A stretch of 64,000 nucleotides of DNA from Antedon mediterranea. Lineage: Eukaryota > Animalia > Echinodermata. The notes below the pieces were generated by a model. It ran no database searches. It saw nothing but the letters and a program-made list of their open reading frames with translations, and had not been told where the DNA came from. Positions within the stretch are counted from its first letter, which is position 1; every line of letters begins with the position of its first letter. Location: the NCBI RefSeq assembly GCF_964355755.1, contig NC_092670.1, positions 12,634,795 to 12,698,794 on the forward strand. The letters run 5' to 3'. Made by a program: the position numbers and the translations under genes. Shown here piece after piece: positions 38,582-52,308 of this stretch.

Positions 38582-40213
38582 ATGATGGATGTTAACAATG
38601 ATGTGGAAACTGATATTAGTGATAATGATGATAGTGAAGAATGATGATGTCATGATCATGCTGGTGATGATTGCAATGATTTGATGACGGACTATGACAT
38701 CACAGATGATGTAATGATAATCATTCTGATCATGGTAAAATAGAGATTGTTGTTTTTTTTTGTATAACAAATAAAACTCATTATACCATCATTACAAACC
38801 AATCTGTCCAAATTCTCAATAAGAAACATTCAACACATGTAAATGAAACATATTTAAAGACAACACTTAATCTAAAATTACTTTTTTACATGCTTTTACT
38901 ACCACCCAAAAGTTTACTTAAACATACCAAACTTTTTAAAATGTCGATAATTTTAGAATTAACTGTGGCATGCATGTTTTAAACTATTTTATATTTTTGA
39001 AAAAACGTCAGGTATACAGACTACGCATTATTTACAGAATGGCGGCGACAACATTAAAACTCTTTTGTTTTTGCACCAGCAATTTGACAAGAACACCGAA
39101 AGAAAAATTAGACAAATCAATTATGTGCGATATATTACAGACCAACGTGTTTGTTATATTAAAATAGCAAGTGTTTGTTATATAAAATACATTAAGATGT
39201 AAATGTTGAATGTGTTGGGTCTATTATAGTGAAAGATTTTATGCCCTATATTATTAATTCAAATATTTTCCATAGAATGTTCATTAAGTAGTGTAAAACT
39301 GGTTTAAACCCGTTCTCTTGGTAACTAAAAAGTTACAAAATTCATTATTCCACAGGCGATAGCACTCTAGCAGGTTGTATATAGTTTTCTTACTATGGGC
39401 GCACACACACACTAGTCATATCGTCAAGATTATAAAAGCGTACCTGTATTAATTTGTCACCTAATCTACTATAATCGTACGGCCTCTAGAAAATATAACG
39501 TTACTTATTCAAAGTCTAATCCATTATAAATTGAATAGAAAATAAATCACATTACTTAATATTATCTTACATAGCAAAATACATACATTAAACAACGAAA
39601 AATAGTTGATATACTTTAGTATGCTTCGATGTTACACCTTAAAATCGTTTTAAAAACCACATTAAAAAAAAATTTTTTTTGCAGGGGTTGTTTTAATACT
39701 ACATCAAAAATTATCCGGTATTTGAAAATACAGTACAAATACACGCATTACATTTTCCTAATGCAGATTTAATTGCTATAGGGATTGTTAATAATAATAC
39801 TTGGATAAATGAAGATAGAAATTTGCTATATAAATACCAAGAAAAAAAAAAGGGTTTTCTTCAACCAAGTTGCATAAATGGAGTACAATAACTGCATGAT
39901 TTTGCTAAAATTATTATAAAATAACTTTGTCCAATTTGTTTACTTTTCATGTGCAATAGTAATATAGTATCCCATGTTTTTTTAAAGATGACTATAGCAT
40001 TTATAGGCACAAAATAGTACTGCTGTGTACACAATGGTATATATTAGTGCCACAATAGTGTGCAGTATTGTGTATACAATAGTAATTTTAATTCCATGGT
40101 GGATATTCCATTCAAACCATGGTATAGTGCATACAAGGAATCAAAGGGTGTATTAGGAAGTGTGGATACTTATTTTGGCAACAAAGAAGGCGTAGAGAAT
40201 GTAATTTATTTAT

Positions 40214-40377
40214 TTATGCATAGAACTCCTTAGTGTCTTTCCAATAGGCTTGTGGATCCTTCTTGTTTGGTTCATCCAGCGAGTAGCTGCCTTCATCCTT
40301 CTTCTTGACGCGATAAACGATGAACATACTCAGTAAGATCATGGTGAGCAGAATAAGCACGGCAGCGCCAACCATAC
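40214..40377 (-). CDS. SDC: Syndecan last exon: TM helix and cytoplasmic tail (GMVGAAVLILLTMILLSMFIVYRVKKKDEGSYSLDEPNKKDPQAYWKDTKEFYA*)
   Basis: Diagnostic C1 (YRVKKKDEGSY) and C2 PDZ-binding EFYA motifs. Acceptor cccttag|, phase 1. Missing from the ORF track. Confidence 0.97.
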
Positions 40378-40839
40378 CTAAGGGGGGTGAATGACAGACA
40401 TGTATTAGAGTTTATGGAAGAAATTAATATACTGGTAGGTTCTGATTTCATATTAAAATTATATTGTTTCACGTGGCCTTGGAGAAAATCATAAATCTAA
40501 CAGCCTCAGTACGGGCTTATTCCCATAAACATTTATCTTTCATTGAAATTTACAAAACTATTCCTTCTTTTAACCCTCTCAAAATGCACTAGAACTCTGG
40601 ACGCATAGCCGGAATTGTACAATCAAAAGCAAAACAGATGGTACTATTGGATTTCGGGATATTCACAGTTGGTCCCAAGGTACAGTAGTTTCCATGCGAG
40701 AAGAATTTTTTTTTTCGTACAAAAAAAAAATATGAAAAAATGAAACATCATCGTTTAACTATCAAACACCATGTGACCCACAATTGTCCAATCATATGAC
40801 AGGAATTGATTTAGATGTTATATAGTATTCTATCCTTAC

Positions 40840-40996
40840 CTGCAAGCAATACTGGGCTGTCAAATAATTTGTCAAAGAATGACGATTCAGTTATCTCGGT
40901 TGGTTGAACTTCAATCATCTGGGTAGTTGTCTCTGTCATTTCAAACACAAACTCGTCTGTTGTCCTTGCTTTTGGCTTCATATATTTTTTCGTTGT
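40840..40996 (-). CDS. SDC: Syndecan juxtamembrane, Thr-rich exon (TTKKYMKPKARTTDEF...SFFDKLFDSPVLLA)
   Basis: Acceptor tttacag|, donor G|gtaagg, phase 0 to 1, joins the TM exon in frame. Confidence 0.9.
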
Positions 40997-41083
40997 CTGT
41001 AAATTAAAATATATATAATATTGCAAAAATAAATTATAATATAAAAGAACTGTATATTGATATAATAGACTTTATAAATCTAA

Positions 41084-41254
41084 AGCTCTACTGTATCTAC
41101 ACTATCAAACTTTATGTGACAAAAAAATGTGATGTGCCCAGTGTATATGGACATGATGTCACATCACTACCATATTTGGGCGCATCACTATCATTTTTGG
41201 GCACATCCCACATTTTTTGTCAAACTACTGTAGTTTGAAAGTGTAGACAGAGCT
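41084..41254. mobile_element. MITE (TIR AGCTCTGTCTACACTATCAAACT), Tourist/Harbinger-like
   Basis: Both ends present with TAA/TTA flanks. Contains two TACTGTA insertions relative to sister copies. Confidence 0.85.
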
Positions 41255-42708
41255 TTATACTATATACAGTACTAAATTTTAGAGTACAGATTAATAATAT
41301 CAAAACAGTGTTCAGTGATAAAGACATTCAGTAGAAAAAGTTGCTTCTAACAATGATTTGAACTTATACTTTTCGGGTTGATATGTAGGCACTTTACTGT
41401 TAGACCACTAGTATTTTGATTTATGATATATTTATATCCAATCCTAATTATATACATGATGTAGCAACTCTTTTAACCCTCAATACGGTACAGAGAAACT
41501 GTTTAATACGACAATATGTTAATAATACAGTATTATAAATTTAATAAAAACGATTTTACAAAATACCAATAGGCGTTGTGGACTATCTCTATACAGTAGC
41601 ATGAAATTGAAATATAAAACTACATTTCACACGAATGGAAACTGAAGAACGCTTTTGGAATAATAAAATAGAATAGTCGTGCTATTAACTGGTTTACTTT
41701 TAACTAGTCTAAGTGGAATTGAAAATAAAAAGCGCAATAATGCCGTTTCGCAGACATCATGCTAGTTACCATGGAGACTAAGTTTTTTATGCAGATGCAT
41801 TATCCTGGAGCTTTTAAACTAGCCCCTGGGGTGGGTCAGTAGAACCTTGGGGCTTTTGCACAATTATTTTTACATTATCAATCGAAATGCGAGCATGTTT
41901 ATGTTGCATTGACTTTACAGGAGGAATAATTCCAAAGCGGCCGAAATGAAACAGAAAGATAATTAATTTGATTATAAAATAATAAAAATATGATTATTCT
42001 TATTATCACCACCAAATGTTATGGTAAAATGTTATAGTTTGCCTTTTCTTTTATTTGCAATGCATTCAGTTTCAAATTGTACATTGTTTGAAATATACTA
42101 ACTTTTGATAATATTTGTTTCTTTTCTTTCACTACAAATGAACCTAGATGAAATTATTTAATTACATACTTTGTATTTATTTATTTATTATATTAATTAT
42201 TTATTCAAGGATACCCGAGTACAAGGGTATCTCTTACAGCTGTACAGTACTACAGCTGACTTGAAGTTGAAGAGGCCATCTCAGGCCCTGTTCAGACCCA
42301 TGGCGTTAGACCGTTTTAGCGTACAACGTTACTATCAAGGTCACGTTACAAACCGCAGAGAAAAAAACGAGGTGTTCAGACCCATAGCGTACGATTATCG
42401 TTACAACGGAAGTACGTCATCCAGGTTGTTTCTAGTTGCATATTCATGTGCTCTTACCCACGCGTTTTCATCATTATTTCCACTGTATATAGGCCTAGAT
42501 CTCAGCCCTACAATTATGACAAAATTTGCCGTAAATAAAACATACCTCAGCATTTATTTAAGAAAAATATAGTAAAGCCAAATTTCTGTTTCTATTGTTT
42601 TTATTTTGTAGTAAAAAACATTTTCCCCAGGCTCTTGTGTTACGAAAATAAAGCAGGCCTCGTAATGATGAAGAAAAAAATGATTGTGATTAGTCTATCC
42701 AGTCCAGT

Positions 42709-42727
42709 CAAAGATATATATTCTTTG
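42709..42727. mobile_element. 19-bp near-palindrome with perfect 7-bp TSD; P-like footprint
   Basis: GTCCAGT-CAAAGATATATATTCTTTG-GTCCAGT. Confidence 0.62.
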
Positions 42728-43077
42728 GTCCAGTCGGTTGAAAATAACCCTTAACTTGCTAATAAAAGGGACACAGCTCCCCTTGTTTGTTTACTGATTT
42801 TTTTAGGAGTTAGGGGGTTTTCAGCATTAAACTTGTCCAGTCTAGTCTGCCTTGTATGAATGAGTGACTTGATGTCCCACGCTAGTTTTTAGCTTGAATG
42901 AAATGCGTGAATGACTCTAGGCCTAGCTAGGCCTAAAAGCGGACGGGATCGTAGTCCCTATGTTTAAATACAAGGTGCATGTATTTATGTCATTTGTTAG
43001 AAAATATAATGGTAATCAGTTGATAATAGTTTGTAGCCTTTGTAACAGTTGTATTTGTAGTGTAGTTAGGCCTTATT

Positions 43078-43357
43078 TCATCCAGCAGACTTCTTCTAAA
43101 ACCTGGACCCCGTTCCAGAACTCGGTTTTACGGTGATCGTGCTTTCGCTGTCGCAGCCCCAAAACTCTGGAACACTCTACCACTCGAAATACGCTCATCA
43201 AAATCTGTTTTCACATTTAAAACTAAACTCAAAACTCATCTCTTCAGAGAAGCATAATCGCACGCTACTACTTGCACTGATCTTGGAAAACACAGCGCTT
43301 TGAAACCTTTGTCTCTTGCGCTTTATAAATGTTATTTATTATTATTATTATTATTAT
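43078..43357 (+). mobile_element. 5'-truncated L2/CR1-clade LINE: ORF2 C-terminus, 3' UTR and (TTA)n tail
   Basis: Frame from 43081 reads SSRLLLKPGPRSRTRFYGDRAFAVAAPKLWNTLPLEIRSSKSVFTFKTKLKTHLFREA*, the typical L2 ORF2 end. It is followed by AGCGCTTTGA...GCGCTTTATAAAT and a TTA-repeat tail. Confidence 0.88.
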
Positions 43358-44315
43358 TTATTCTGGCCTTTTTGTTATTGAAATCCATCTCACACAATGA
43401 CGATACAAGATGTCAGCTCCTAGGTCAAACCTTGTTTCGCGTCATAACAGGAAACGTTCTGATTGGATACAACGTTGACTTACAGTAGCGTCGTACGCTA
43501 AAACGGTACTATCAACCGTTTTCCACTACAACGCTACAACCGTTGTACGACGCGTTGTACGCTAATCCCCAACTGTTCAGACACACATTCTTTTAGCGTC
43601 GTACGCTAAAACGGTCTAACACCATGGGTCTGAACAGGGCCTTAAACAATACAACATTATACAAATGACATTCAAACATAAAGATACAGTACAAGAGGAT
43701 TCATATCTGAGTAAGTTAAAATTCTTAAACAGAAAAAAAAAAGTTAAAATTCATACATGTATAGTACAATAATTTAGACAAATGTTAAAATTTATTAAAT
43801 TTCATATAACTGTTTATTCTATTTCAATGTTCTTTTGCCTAGCAACATAAACAACTAATTCTTTGAATCTTCTTAGGAGACATCATTAGCAGCAGTTGTG
43901 TTTGTCGTACAGTCACACAGGATGTACTATACAAATACCAGTTTCGGAAGTGAATATTAAAACAAACAGCTTATTATCAATTACATAGGTTCTTAATGAC
44001 CTAGAACTTAGAAGAGTATCATTATACAATACAATATTACCCAATTAGGAAAGAGAGCATAATTAAAAAACGTTAGTTCAGCTGCTATGCTAAAGAGGGA
44101 TCTTGTTTCAGAATATATTTATGAGAATTTTGAATTTAAAGGAAACATTGGCTGTTGATACAAGTCTGTGAGGTAGCACTAGTCTTCCATAGAGTCAATA
44201 GTGAGTTGATACACTCACTTGAATTATAATGCTTTGAGGCACACACTGGGCTTATATTTGAACTACTAGGATAAAACTATAACAGAATTTAATTAAACAC
44301 CAGCAAAAACACCTC

Positions 44316-44684
44316 CAAAAGCGGTCTTTAATTGGAGTCACAATCACATGTGTAATGAATAACATGGTTGCAGTAGAACAATCGTGTGTGTTGGGTATTG
44401 TACAGTACACCAATTATTAATAATAATGTAGATCTTCATAAAAAATATTCTAATTTGCGACCACCAAAAAGAACAATAATGTTCCAAAAGCGGTATTTAA
44501 TTGGAGTCACAATCACGTAATGAATGAATGGTTGCAGTAGAACAATCGTGTGTGTTGGGCAGGGAAAAATTTCATTTTAAAATTTTGTAATGTACAGTAC
44601 ACTAATTAATATGTAGATCTTCATAAAAAATATTCTAATTTTAGACCACCAAAAAGAACAATTTTGTTCCAAAAGTGGTCTTTA
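44316..44684 (+). repeat. Tandem duplication, ~170-185-bp unit x ~2
   Basis: CCAAAAGCGGT..TTAATTGGAGTCACAATCAC and GTAGATCTTCATAAAAAATATTCTAATTT each occur twice. Confidence 0.8.
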
Positions 44685-45799
44685 GTTAGAACCAGATGAG
44701 TCATGATATGTTAAACACTGATAATAAAACTGCATACCTTTAAAGTACAAAGGTACAATGTAGTTATCGCTGACATAGTGAGTAAACATTACAAATTGAG
44801 CATGCTTTTTTCAAAGGTTAAGATTGTCTGGCAATAATCTGTCACATAATCAGTCATTAGGAGTTGAAAAAATACTCTTTGAAAAAAAAAAACTATCCTG
44901 ACAGTGAACATGTTGACTTGATGACATGCGAATGGTTGAATAAATACAGAGTAGTACACTGTCCAATGTTGATCACAAACTATGAGGATGATTTGCTGTT
45001 AGTATCGTAATGACAGGATTAATGAGATGTCAGAGTCTGTTGGCTGATGGCGACGCTTGGCTCGCTCACATTTGCCTCTTTGTAATTTCAAAACTCATAC
45101 AATACCAAATGGATCACTTTACATCAGTAGCCTCCAACATTAGCATGTGATCATACACAATTACATCAGTTGAACAATTCTAGCATCCACTATATATTAC
45201 CACTGACAATCTGCTTTCCGTATTGATAAAGCGTTTTACATAAAACTAATTTAAAATGAAAACTAAAATATTAATAGTCCCCGTAGTATAATTAATGTCT
45301 AAAAGATTATGCATACTATGCTATGAATATTTCCTTCGTAGCTTGTGTGTTACGATTTGTGTTACAATTCTTGTGGATCAATTAAATGTATTCTAATAAC
45401 ATAATCTGTTCGTTTATTAGTATGACAGGCTGTAATTTCAAAATATATTGTATATAATATTCTCTTTCAAAAGGAAATTTATCTGACTTTGAGTACAGTA
45501 ATTTGTATTTTATATAGCGTTTTTTTTTTATATCAAAATATTATTTTAATATTTGATGTGCATGGCCCCAGGGAAGAAAATGAAAACCCTGTGTTGATCT
45601 TGGCTTCAGTAGATAAATAAAGGTGAACTGTACGATTCTGAATCTACTGTAATAAGCTCCACAGCAGTTTTTGTTATCATAACGTCTTCAAAATGGAATT
45701 TTTGTGTCTTCTACCCTATTCTCAGAATAGACTATCCATGTATTCTTTTTCTCAGTCCAGTAGGAAGATAGTTGCAGATCCCCTACATTTACCTTTTCT

Positions 45800-46013
45800 T
45801 TTTCTATTTTATACGTGAACATTCAATAGCGAGCAACTCAATTATATTATGAGGGATAAACTATACTTTATCGTGCTTATAAACTAAGTCTCGTTTGAGG
45901 CTTAGGGAGTGGAGTTGAAAACTACAACCCTGACATTACTGTAGGTCAGGATCGAACCCTGAACCTTGGGATTGGAAGGCAAGCATGTTAACCACCAAGC
46001 TACTCCACTCCAC
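45800..46013 (-). mobile_element. tRNA-derived SINE, uninterrupted copy
   Basis: Minus strand has A-box TAGCTTGGTGG and B-box GGTTCGATCC. It is homologous to the split copy at 5325-6550. No complete cloverleaf. Confidence 0.75.
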
Positions 46014-47563
46014 TTATGGTTCAACAATATTTTCTTTTTAATCTTGTAGTTATCAATTATTTGTAACTATACAGTAAAAAGTGTTCCATATTTTAGATTT
46101 GTAAAGAGCTACATATATTTTGATGAGCTATTTTTAATGTGTGTTTACCACTTGTACTTATACCGACTATCACTTGACAATGAATGCCGAGGCCAAAAAT
46201 AAGGTTATGATAAAATGTGTCACACTGTACAACATTTATAAAATAAATTTACAATAACATGTTTGTTATTTTAGAGAATTAATCTTGAAATCATATTGAT
46301 CATATTGAGATTTTAGATTAAAATTATTTGTTGTTTCTAGCTTTTAAACAATAATGGACATATGGCGAGATCTAAACAGTAAAATGGTAAAAAATTAATC
46401 TGACTGCCGTACTGTACATGTTGGAATGATGGAACTTGTTTCAACACTGTACATGTGTGTATAGAAGACAAAAGATCTTGCGTAGTGCATTGTGTTTTTG
46501 CTCTAGACAAGCCCATTGATACTTTTATAGTTAGAACACCTTCAGGACCAACAAATATTGCCCTCTGTATAGGTATTAGCTGTATTGTAGTGCGTACTGT
46601 ACATTTCCCCGTCGTTCATTTCAAAGAAAAGTGTTCACTCAACAATGTGTGTCCTCTGAATAGGGATGTCTCAAAGAGGGGATTATACATTAAAATTAGT
46701 TTACTGTACTGCATCATACTTTGGCCAAGCCATCCGATGGACAAAAATGACAAAAAGAATGCATGAATGATAAAGACAGGCATACTGTATGTTATGATTT
46801 ATAGACAGGGACATTTTCAAAAAAATGTGAACTCCTCTTTAAAGGGTGTCAATTACTACCAGCAGGCCTATGTAACATAACTTTTATAGCATGCTTTATT
46901 GATTTCATGCAAATGTTGGTTCAATGTTGTATTTTGGTATTGCTGTCAAGTAATAAAACACACTGGATCAAATGCCTGCATTTAGTGTATATTGCCAACA
47001 TCAAAGTAATCCTACTCCAGTGTACCATGTACCAGTGATTGCATTCGGTATTGGATTTACTGTATTATCATATAATTTAATGAGAAGTCAGAGTGAAATA
47101 GTCAACGCTTTAGAGTTTAGAGAAATATAAACTTTTCCATTAGTTATAATCCACCTGTCTTTTAAGCCAAGCCGAACTCAGAATACCATTAACACAAAAA
47201 TAGTAAGACAATAACCTTTGACCTTAGATAGTTCAAATGCACAAGACAGACGTAAACATTGTTAGAGACAGCATCCATGTTTATCACACACACACACAGC
47301 TTGGTTTCCACTAGGATCCAACGCAAGGACGTAAGCGCATGTAGTAATATGATCAATCCCAATTTGATGATTCCATCATTTCATGATTGTACACATTTTT
47401 TGTATTGTGGTTACGTTGGGTCTTTAGTGGGAACTACAGTACGCTTGAGATAGTTCTTAGATAGATATATGTGACTAAATATACAAAATCATGATTTAAA
47501 AGAATAAAAGACAGGTTTAAAGTTCAGCTAATATTACAGTTCAAAGTAAATGCAAATAATTAC

Positions 47564-47622
47564 CGTTTCACTATCCATTTCCGGTGATCGAGTACTCGTC
47601 ATTACTACTGTAGTGTATGGAT
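47564..47622 (-). CDS. SDC: Syndecan small Ser/Thr-rich exon (xPYTTVVMTSTRSPEMDSET)
   Basis: Acceptor tttttcag|, donor |gtaatt, 59 nt, phase 1 to 0. It bridges exactly the phases of the flanking exons. Confidence 0.75.
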
Positions 47623-49475
47623 CTGAAAAACACAATGATGGTATAAAATTTAATGTTTTAAGGAAGCAACATGATATAAGTTATTACACAAAACGAGGTG
47701 GGACAATGGGGTTAGGTAGCTTTTTCAACTTTAACCTTTGACCCCAAAAAGGACATCAGGCACAGGTCATCTTCTAAACCAGCCTACTGTACAGTACATG
47801 AATAAAACAAAATCTAAGAATTTCACAATAAAAACTGTTGGATGACCAAATACCTGTCAAATGGACAGCATTAATTTGTCTACACCTTTTAAGTTGTCAT
47901 GCTTATAATTCGCAAAAAAAGGCATTAAAATCAATGGAGTCAAGATGTCATATGAGATTGTCTGCTTTTAATTTAGTGATTTACTACTGTATGGTGATGA
48001 TAGCTGAGATGTTAAGATCTACAGTAAACTGCATATATTATAGTTGAACAGTATACAGTACTTATACAGTACAATGGAGATACTTTATTGGATCCTGAAA
48101 GTGGACCCTATAGGGATTCTACTGTAAATAACAAAACAGTTAACTATTTCATAAAACAGTTTAAATAGCAATTAATTGTAAACAAGCTGAAGCTGAAAGG
48201 AAACATACAGTAGTTTGAAATGTTTATTATACTACTGTATACTTTCTTGCTATTGTTTTATGAAGTGGTAGAAAAAAGGTAGTTATGTAAACAGTTTTCC
48301 ATGCTACTGTACACTGGTGAAAACTGACATCTAAATCTAAAAAAGATGTTAAATTATTAAAATAAGTTTTTATTTATTTATTTTTTTTTTGTTTGTTACC
48401 GTAGTCATCTTTTCTATACATTTCTTTCCCTGAAGTGACCCCTACATTCAAATACTAAATCCAACACTAACACCATGATTTAGTGAGAAATTCAGCAAAT
48501 GAGAAAACCAGAGGAAACTACTTATGATGCTTAGAGACTATATCCGAAGGCCAGAGAAGTTTTGGCTATATACCGGAAATAGTAATTTCAAATCCATTCC
48601 AATTTTTCTTCAAAAGGAAAAGTTTAAAAACCAGTCATTTAAATGGTATTTTTCAGGAAGGCGAATTCAGTGAACTGGAAAACTTCACAATAAAGGTCAA
48701 AGATCAAATTATGAGTGACAAAAAACTTTTTTGTTGAAAGATGTGTATCAATTGTATTTAATTTAATTCAATTGTGCTTCTTTAAATAACAGTATGGTGG
48801 GCCAAGCTGTTGTTTATTGAATAAAGATATATTTTGGAAATGAAATATTTAAATTTTAAATGGATGTTTCTATTAAAAAATGAAATAAAACTAAAGAAAT
48901 CTATTTAATTAGAAAGCATTAAGTTTTTAAAAGAGATATATATTTATTCTCTATATCAACAGAAATCTATATTTAAAAAATATCTTTATTAAAACTAAGA
49001 TACCTAACTATTAACTAACTCTATATCTCTATTTTCCAAATAAATGACAGTACTAGAGTACAGTATGATACTACGGTAATACTGTATGGTAAGTAAAATA
49101 TAACTGTATTTTGAAGGACATAGTTTGTACAGTATTAATAACATAACAACTGTAGCCCTTTCAAGGTGCTATTTATTAGTAATGCCAGTTTAATTTAGGA
49201 AACAGACTTGTATCTTGTGAGAAACTTGGGCGTTCATTTGCAGATGAGCTTTAATATCCTTCCCACTGGAAGAGTGCCAAGCAAAAAGTTACTAAGTTTA
49301 ACTTTTAAGAAGAATATTAAATGCAAAACACAAACAAATTATCTAAAATCATAAAACATTTGTACTGTATTGTAGGTGTTAGATAAAATTTGAAATGCTG
49401 TAAATACTAAAACGGAAATTAATTTGGTACAACCTCTCCAATATAAGTTTTGAGATAAACTTGGGATATTTAGTA

Positions 49476-50323
49476 TTATATAACACCTATATAAATTCCT
49501 GTCATTTGATTGGACGAATGTGGGTCACATGGCGTGCAATAGTACGCACTATTCAACGATCGTTAAATAGTACTTTTTGAAACATTTTTGTGTACGAAAA
49601 AAAAACGTCTCGCGGATGAAAAAAAATCTAGTACACAAATTATCCTATGATATGGCTATGTACTGTGAAATACAACAGCGCCACCTGTCGTCTGGTCTCA
49701 GTTTCATTTGTAAACACCACCGCGAGATATGCAACAGCAGCAGATATTTGTGTACGATTTGGACATTATGTACTAATTTCATTCAAAAAGGCATTTAAAT
49801 TAGCTTTAGATCGTTTTTAGGATTTTGATTAATTAATGGGGACATCCCTACAAGACGTGGAATTGTTGGAAAAACCATAATTAGCTTAGATAAGTTCCAA
49901 TTGTCTGTCGAAGTTTTGCCTTTCAGCCAAGCTAGTACTAGGCTACTAGGTCTAGCCTAGGCCATGCTAGTATTAGGCTAGGCCTAGCCTAGGCGTTTTA
50001 GCCTTGCTAGGCCTAGGATTGTTTGGTCGTTTGTTGACATAATTAACACAAAAGTAGGTGTGTTTACAAAATCCATATAAATATAACATTTAATATAACA
50101 TTATTAAAAACCAAATGTTACTGTTTTTAATCAAATGTGTGTGAATGAAATGTAGTAAGCTTTGGCTAGGGCTACCTTTTATTTTATTCAAATAACTAGA
50201 ATTTATTTAGATGTTATATAAAACAAATAATGAATGTTTTGTATTGCCGAGTTGATATAACCTTTCATCATTCACCAAGTGCCATTATTTGTACCATTGC
50301 ACTCATAAACATTCATTATTTGT
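49476..50323 (+). mobile_element. ~850-bp asymmetric non-autonomous element (subterminal inverted repeat plus 3' hairpin; Helentron/HINE- or Crypton-like)
   Basis: TTATATAACACCTA (49476-49489) is inverted at 50208-50221 (13/14). Perfect 17-bp stem ACAAATAATGAATGTTT at 50223-50239 / 50307-50323. Confidence 0.6.
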
Positions 50324-52308
50324 ATACTGTATGAGATAAGAGCAATATCAATGTTTCATTCAATACAGATTCGTGAAATTTATAAGTCTTGTTCCTCTGT
50401 ATGTGGCTAATAAAGTTTAATTTTTATAAATTACTCGTGATATTAAATTGTTCACATAATTATTATAATACAACTTCCTTCTAACATGCTTACATAGGTT
50501 AGTTTCAGTTATTATTTAATTGTATTGTAAATTAAAAAAAAATAATAACTGTTAAGTCTAGTTGCTGAGTGGTTTATAGATGGATGCTCTTAGAACTGGA
50601 GAGTAAACAGAAGAAAAGAACAAGGGTTTGTCTGGTGTTCTGATCAATGTTATTGTTATCCCCTTGTTGTTTAGCACTGTGTTGGGCTACCCTACAAGTT
50701 TGTTATGGATTGGAAATTGGAAACCAAGAGTCGCCATATGTCGTAATAGAATGAAAAGGAAAAATGATAAACATAATTATTAATAGAACTACATTACTGT
50801 ACACCAACTGTACACACTTTTGTTTTCGGTTTCTTTTTTCTAACAACAAGTTTAACTGGATGATAAACGTCATCGCTGTTTGTACAATGTTTAAATTACC
50901 ATTGAGAAATGTAAACAAATTGTTCCTACTATACTTAAATCGTGCAAGAATTTTATTTTGTTAATGTAGAGAATCTGGTAGCTTTTTGAGGTAGGGTGGA
51001 GGCGATGGGGAAAAAGATGGAATTATGTTTCATTAAGATGAGTCTGGTATTGAGTTTTACAGTAGTTATAATGGCTGCCAGTGCAACTTATGAGCTCCCT
51101 TTACACCCAGCCAAAGTTCAACAATTGTTACTGGTTTATAATGCTCACATAAACTGTTCGCAGGACCAAATTTGGGCTTGTTTGAGAAGTGGAAATTTTG
51201 GCAGATATAAATAATGTAAACATGTCAACATTTCAATACATATTGCCCATAATAAAGATACTTTATTGGGCCAATTGAAAAAAGATTGATATCTCTGTGT
51301 GCTTTCATAAAGTCCATCAAAATAGGGGAATTACGTCAGTGGTTTTCCCTTTCCTTTTATACAGTCATATTTACTAATATGGTCAAAGTTTCAACAGTAT
51401 TGGCCCACTAGTTATTATTCACTCCAACCAACTCAATACTAATATGTAACCAAAGTTGTAATGTAATAAACGTAATGAATTATCCCAAAATTTTTTTCCA
51501 GCAGAAATGGGACATACAGTATTTAAAATGAACAGGTAAATGGCAGACTGAAAATAACAGTTAAAAACACCAATGGGCTGGATTTAACCAGTTATCGTGC
51601 AACTTTTAGCTGTAACTCAAAATGCCGCATGAGCACATTTCATTACAAAAAAATTGTTATGTTCATCGCCGACGATCAGTTCCGATTCAAACATTTTTTG
51701 GGGAGAAATGCGGTCAATGTAAAAACTACATCTTCAAAAAATGTTGAAACAAACTGCTTATTCGGCGATATGCAGCAGAAAGAGACCGCATTGTGTCTAT
51801 TAAATACTGAAGCCTCTGGGTTAACCAATCCCATCTTTCTTTGTTCACAGTGGATTAAGTAAAAAATAAACAAACGATCTCATTATCATTTACTGGGCAG
51901 TTTTCAGTGTGTAGACCTTGTACAATACAGGATCTGTTCATGTACAACCAATGCGGTTGCTAAAGAAATAGCAAGTTGGTTGGTAAATAATATACCAACC
52001 AAGTAGGCTTAGAAAACAATTCAATCAGGCCCCAGGCTTATACCTCTAATGGATTCCCAAACTATACATTGCGTGTACACTGGCAATAAACTTTGTTGTG
52101 ATGCAACAATACAGTAGGTTGAACAACCATCAAGTTAGATAAATAATAGACATAGGGTATTAATATAGGCACTACTGTAAAATGGGTCTTTCCAAGACAG
52201 ATTATTAGTACTGTTAGCAAACATAAACTTTGGCATACAAAGATATTAAATTATGATGTTAAATTATAACCTGGTATCATCAGGTCAGATAATAATTAAT
52301 GTACAGTA

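Larger units (their letters stand above)
42284..43641. mobile_element. 1.36-kb non-autonomous PIF/Harbinger-like element in a syndecan intron
   Basis: ~48-bp TIRs GGCCCTGTTCAGACCCATGGYGTTAGACCGTTTTAGCGTACRACG, with flanks TCA/TTA. Confidence 0.85.

Noticed and set aside
38531-38770. Ile/His-rich ORF and acidic-looking antisense frame
   Set aside because: Product of a degenerate (ATG)n tract plus a MITE, downstream of the syndecan stop.
45897-46013. Possible tRNA gene (A and B boxes)
   Set aside because: No acceptor stem or cloverleaf is evident, and it continues into a body shared with another dispersed copy, so it is a SINE.
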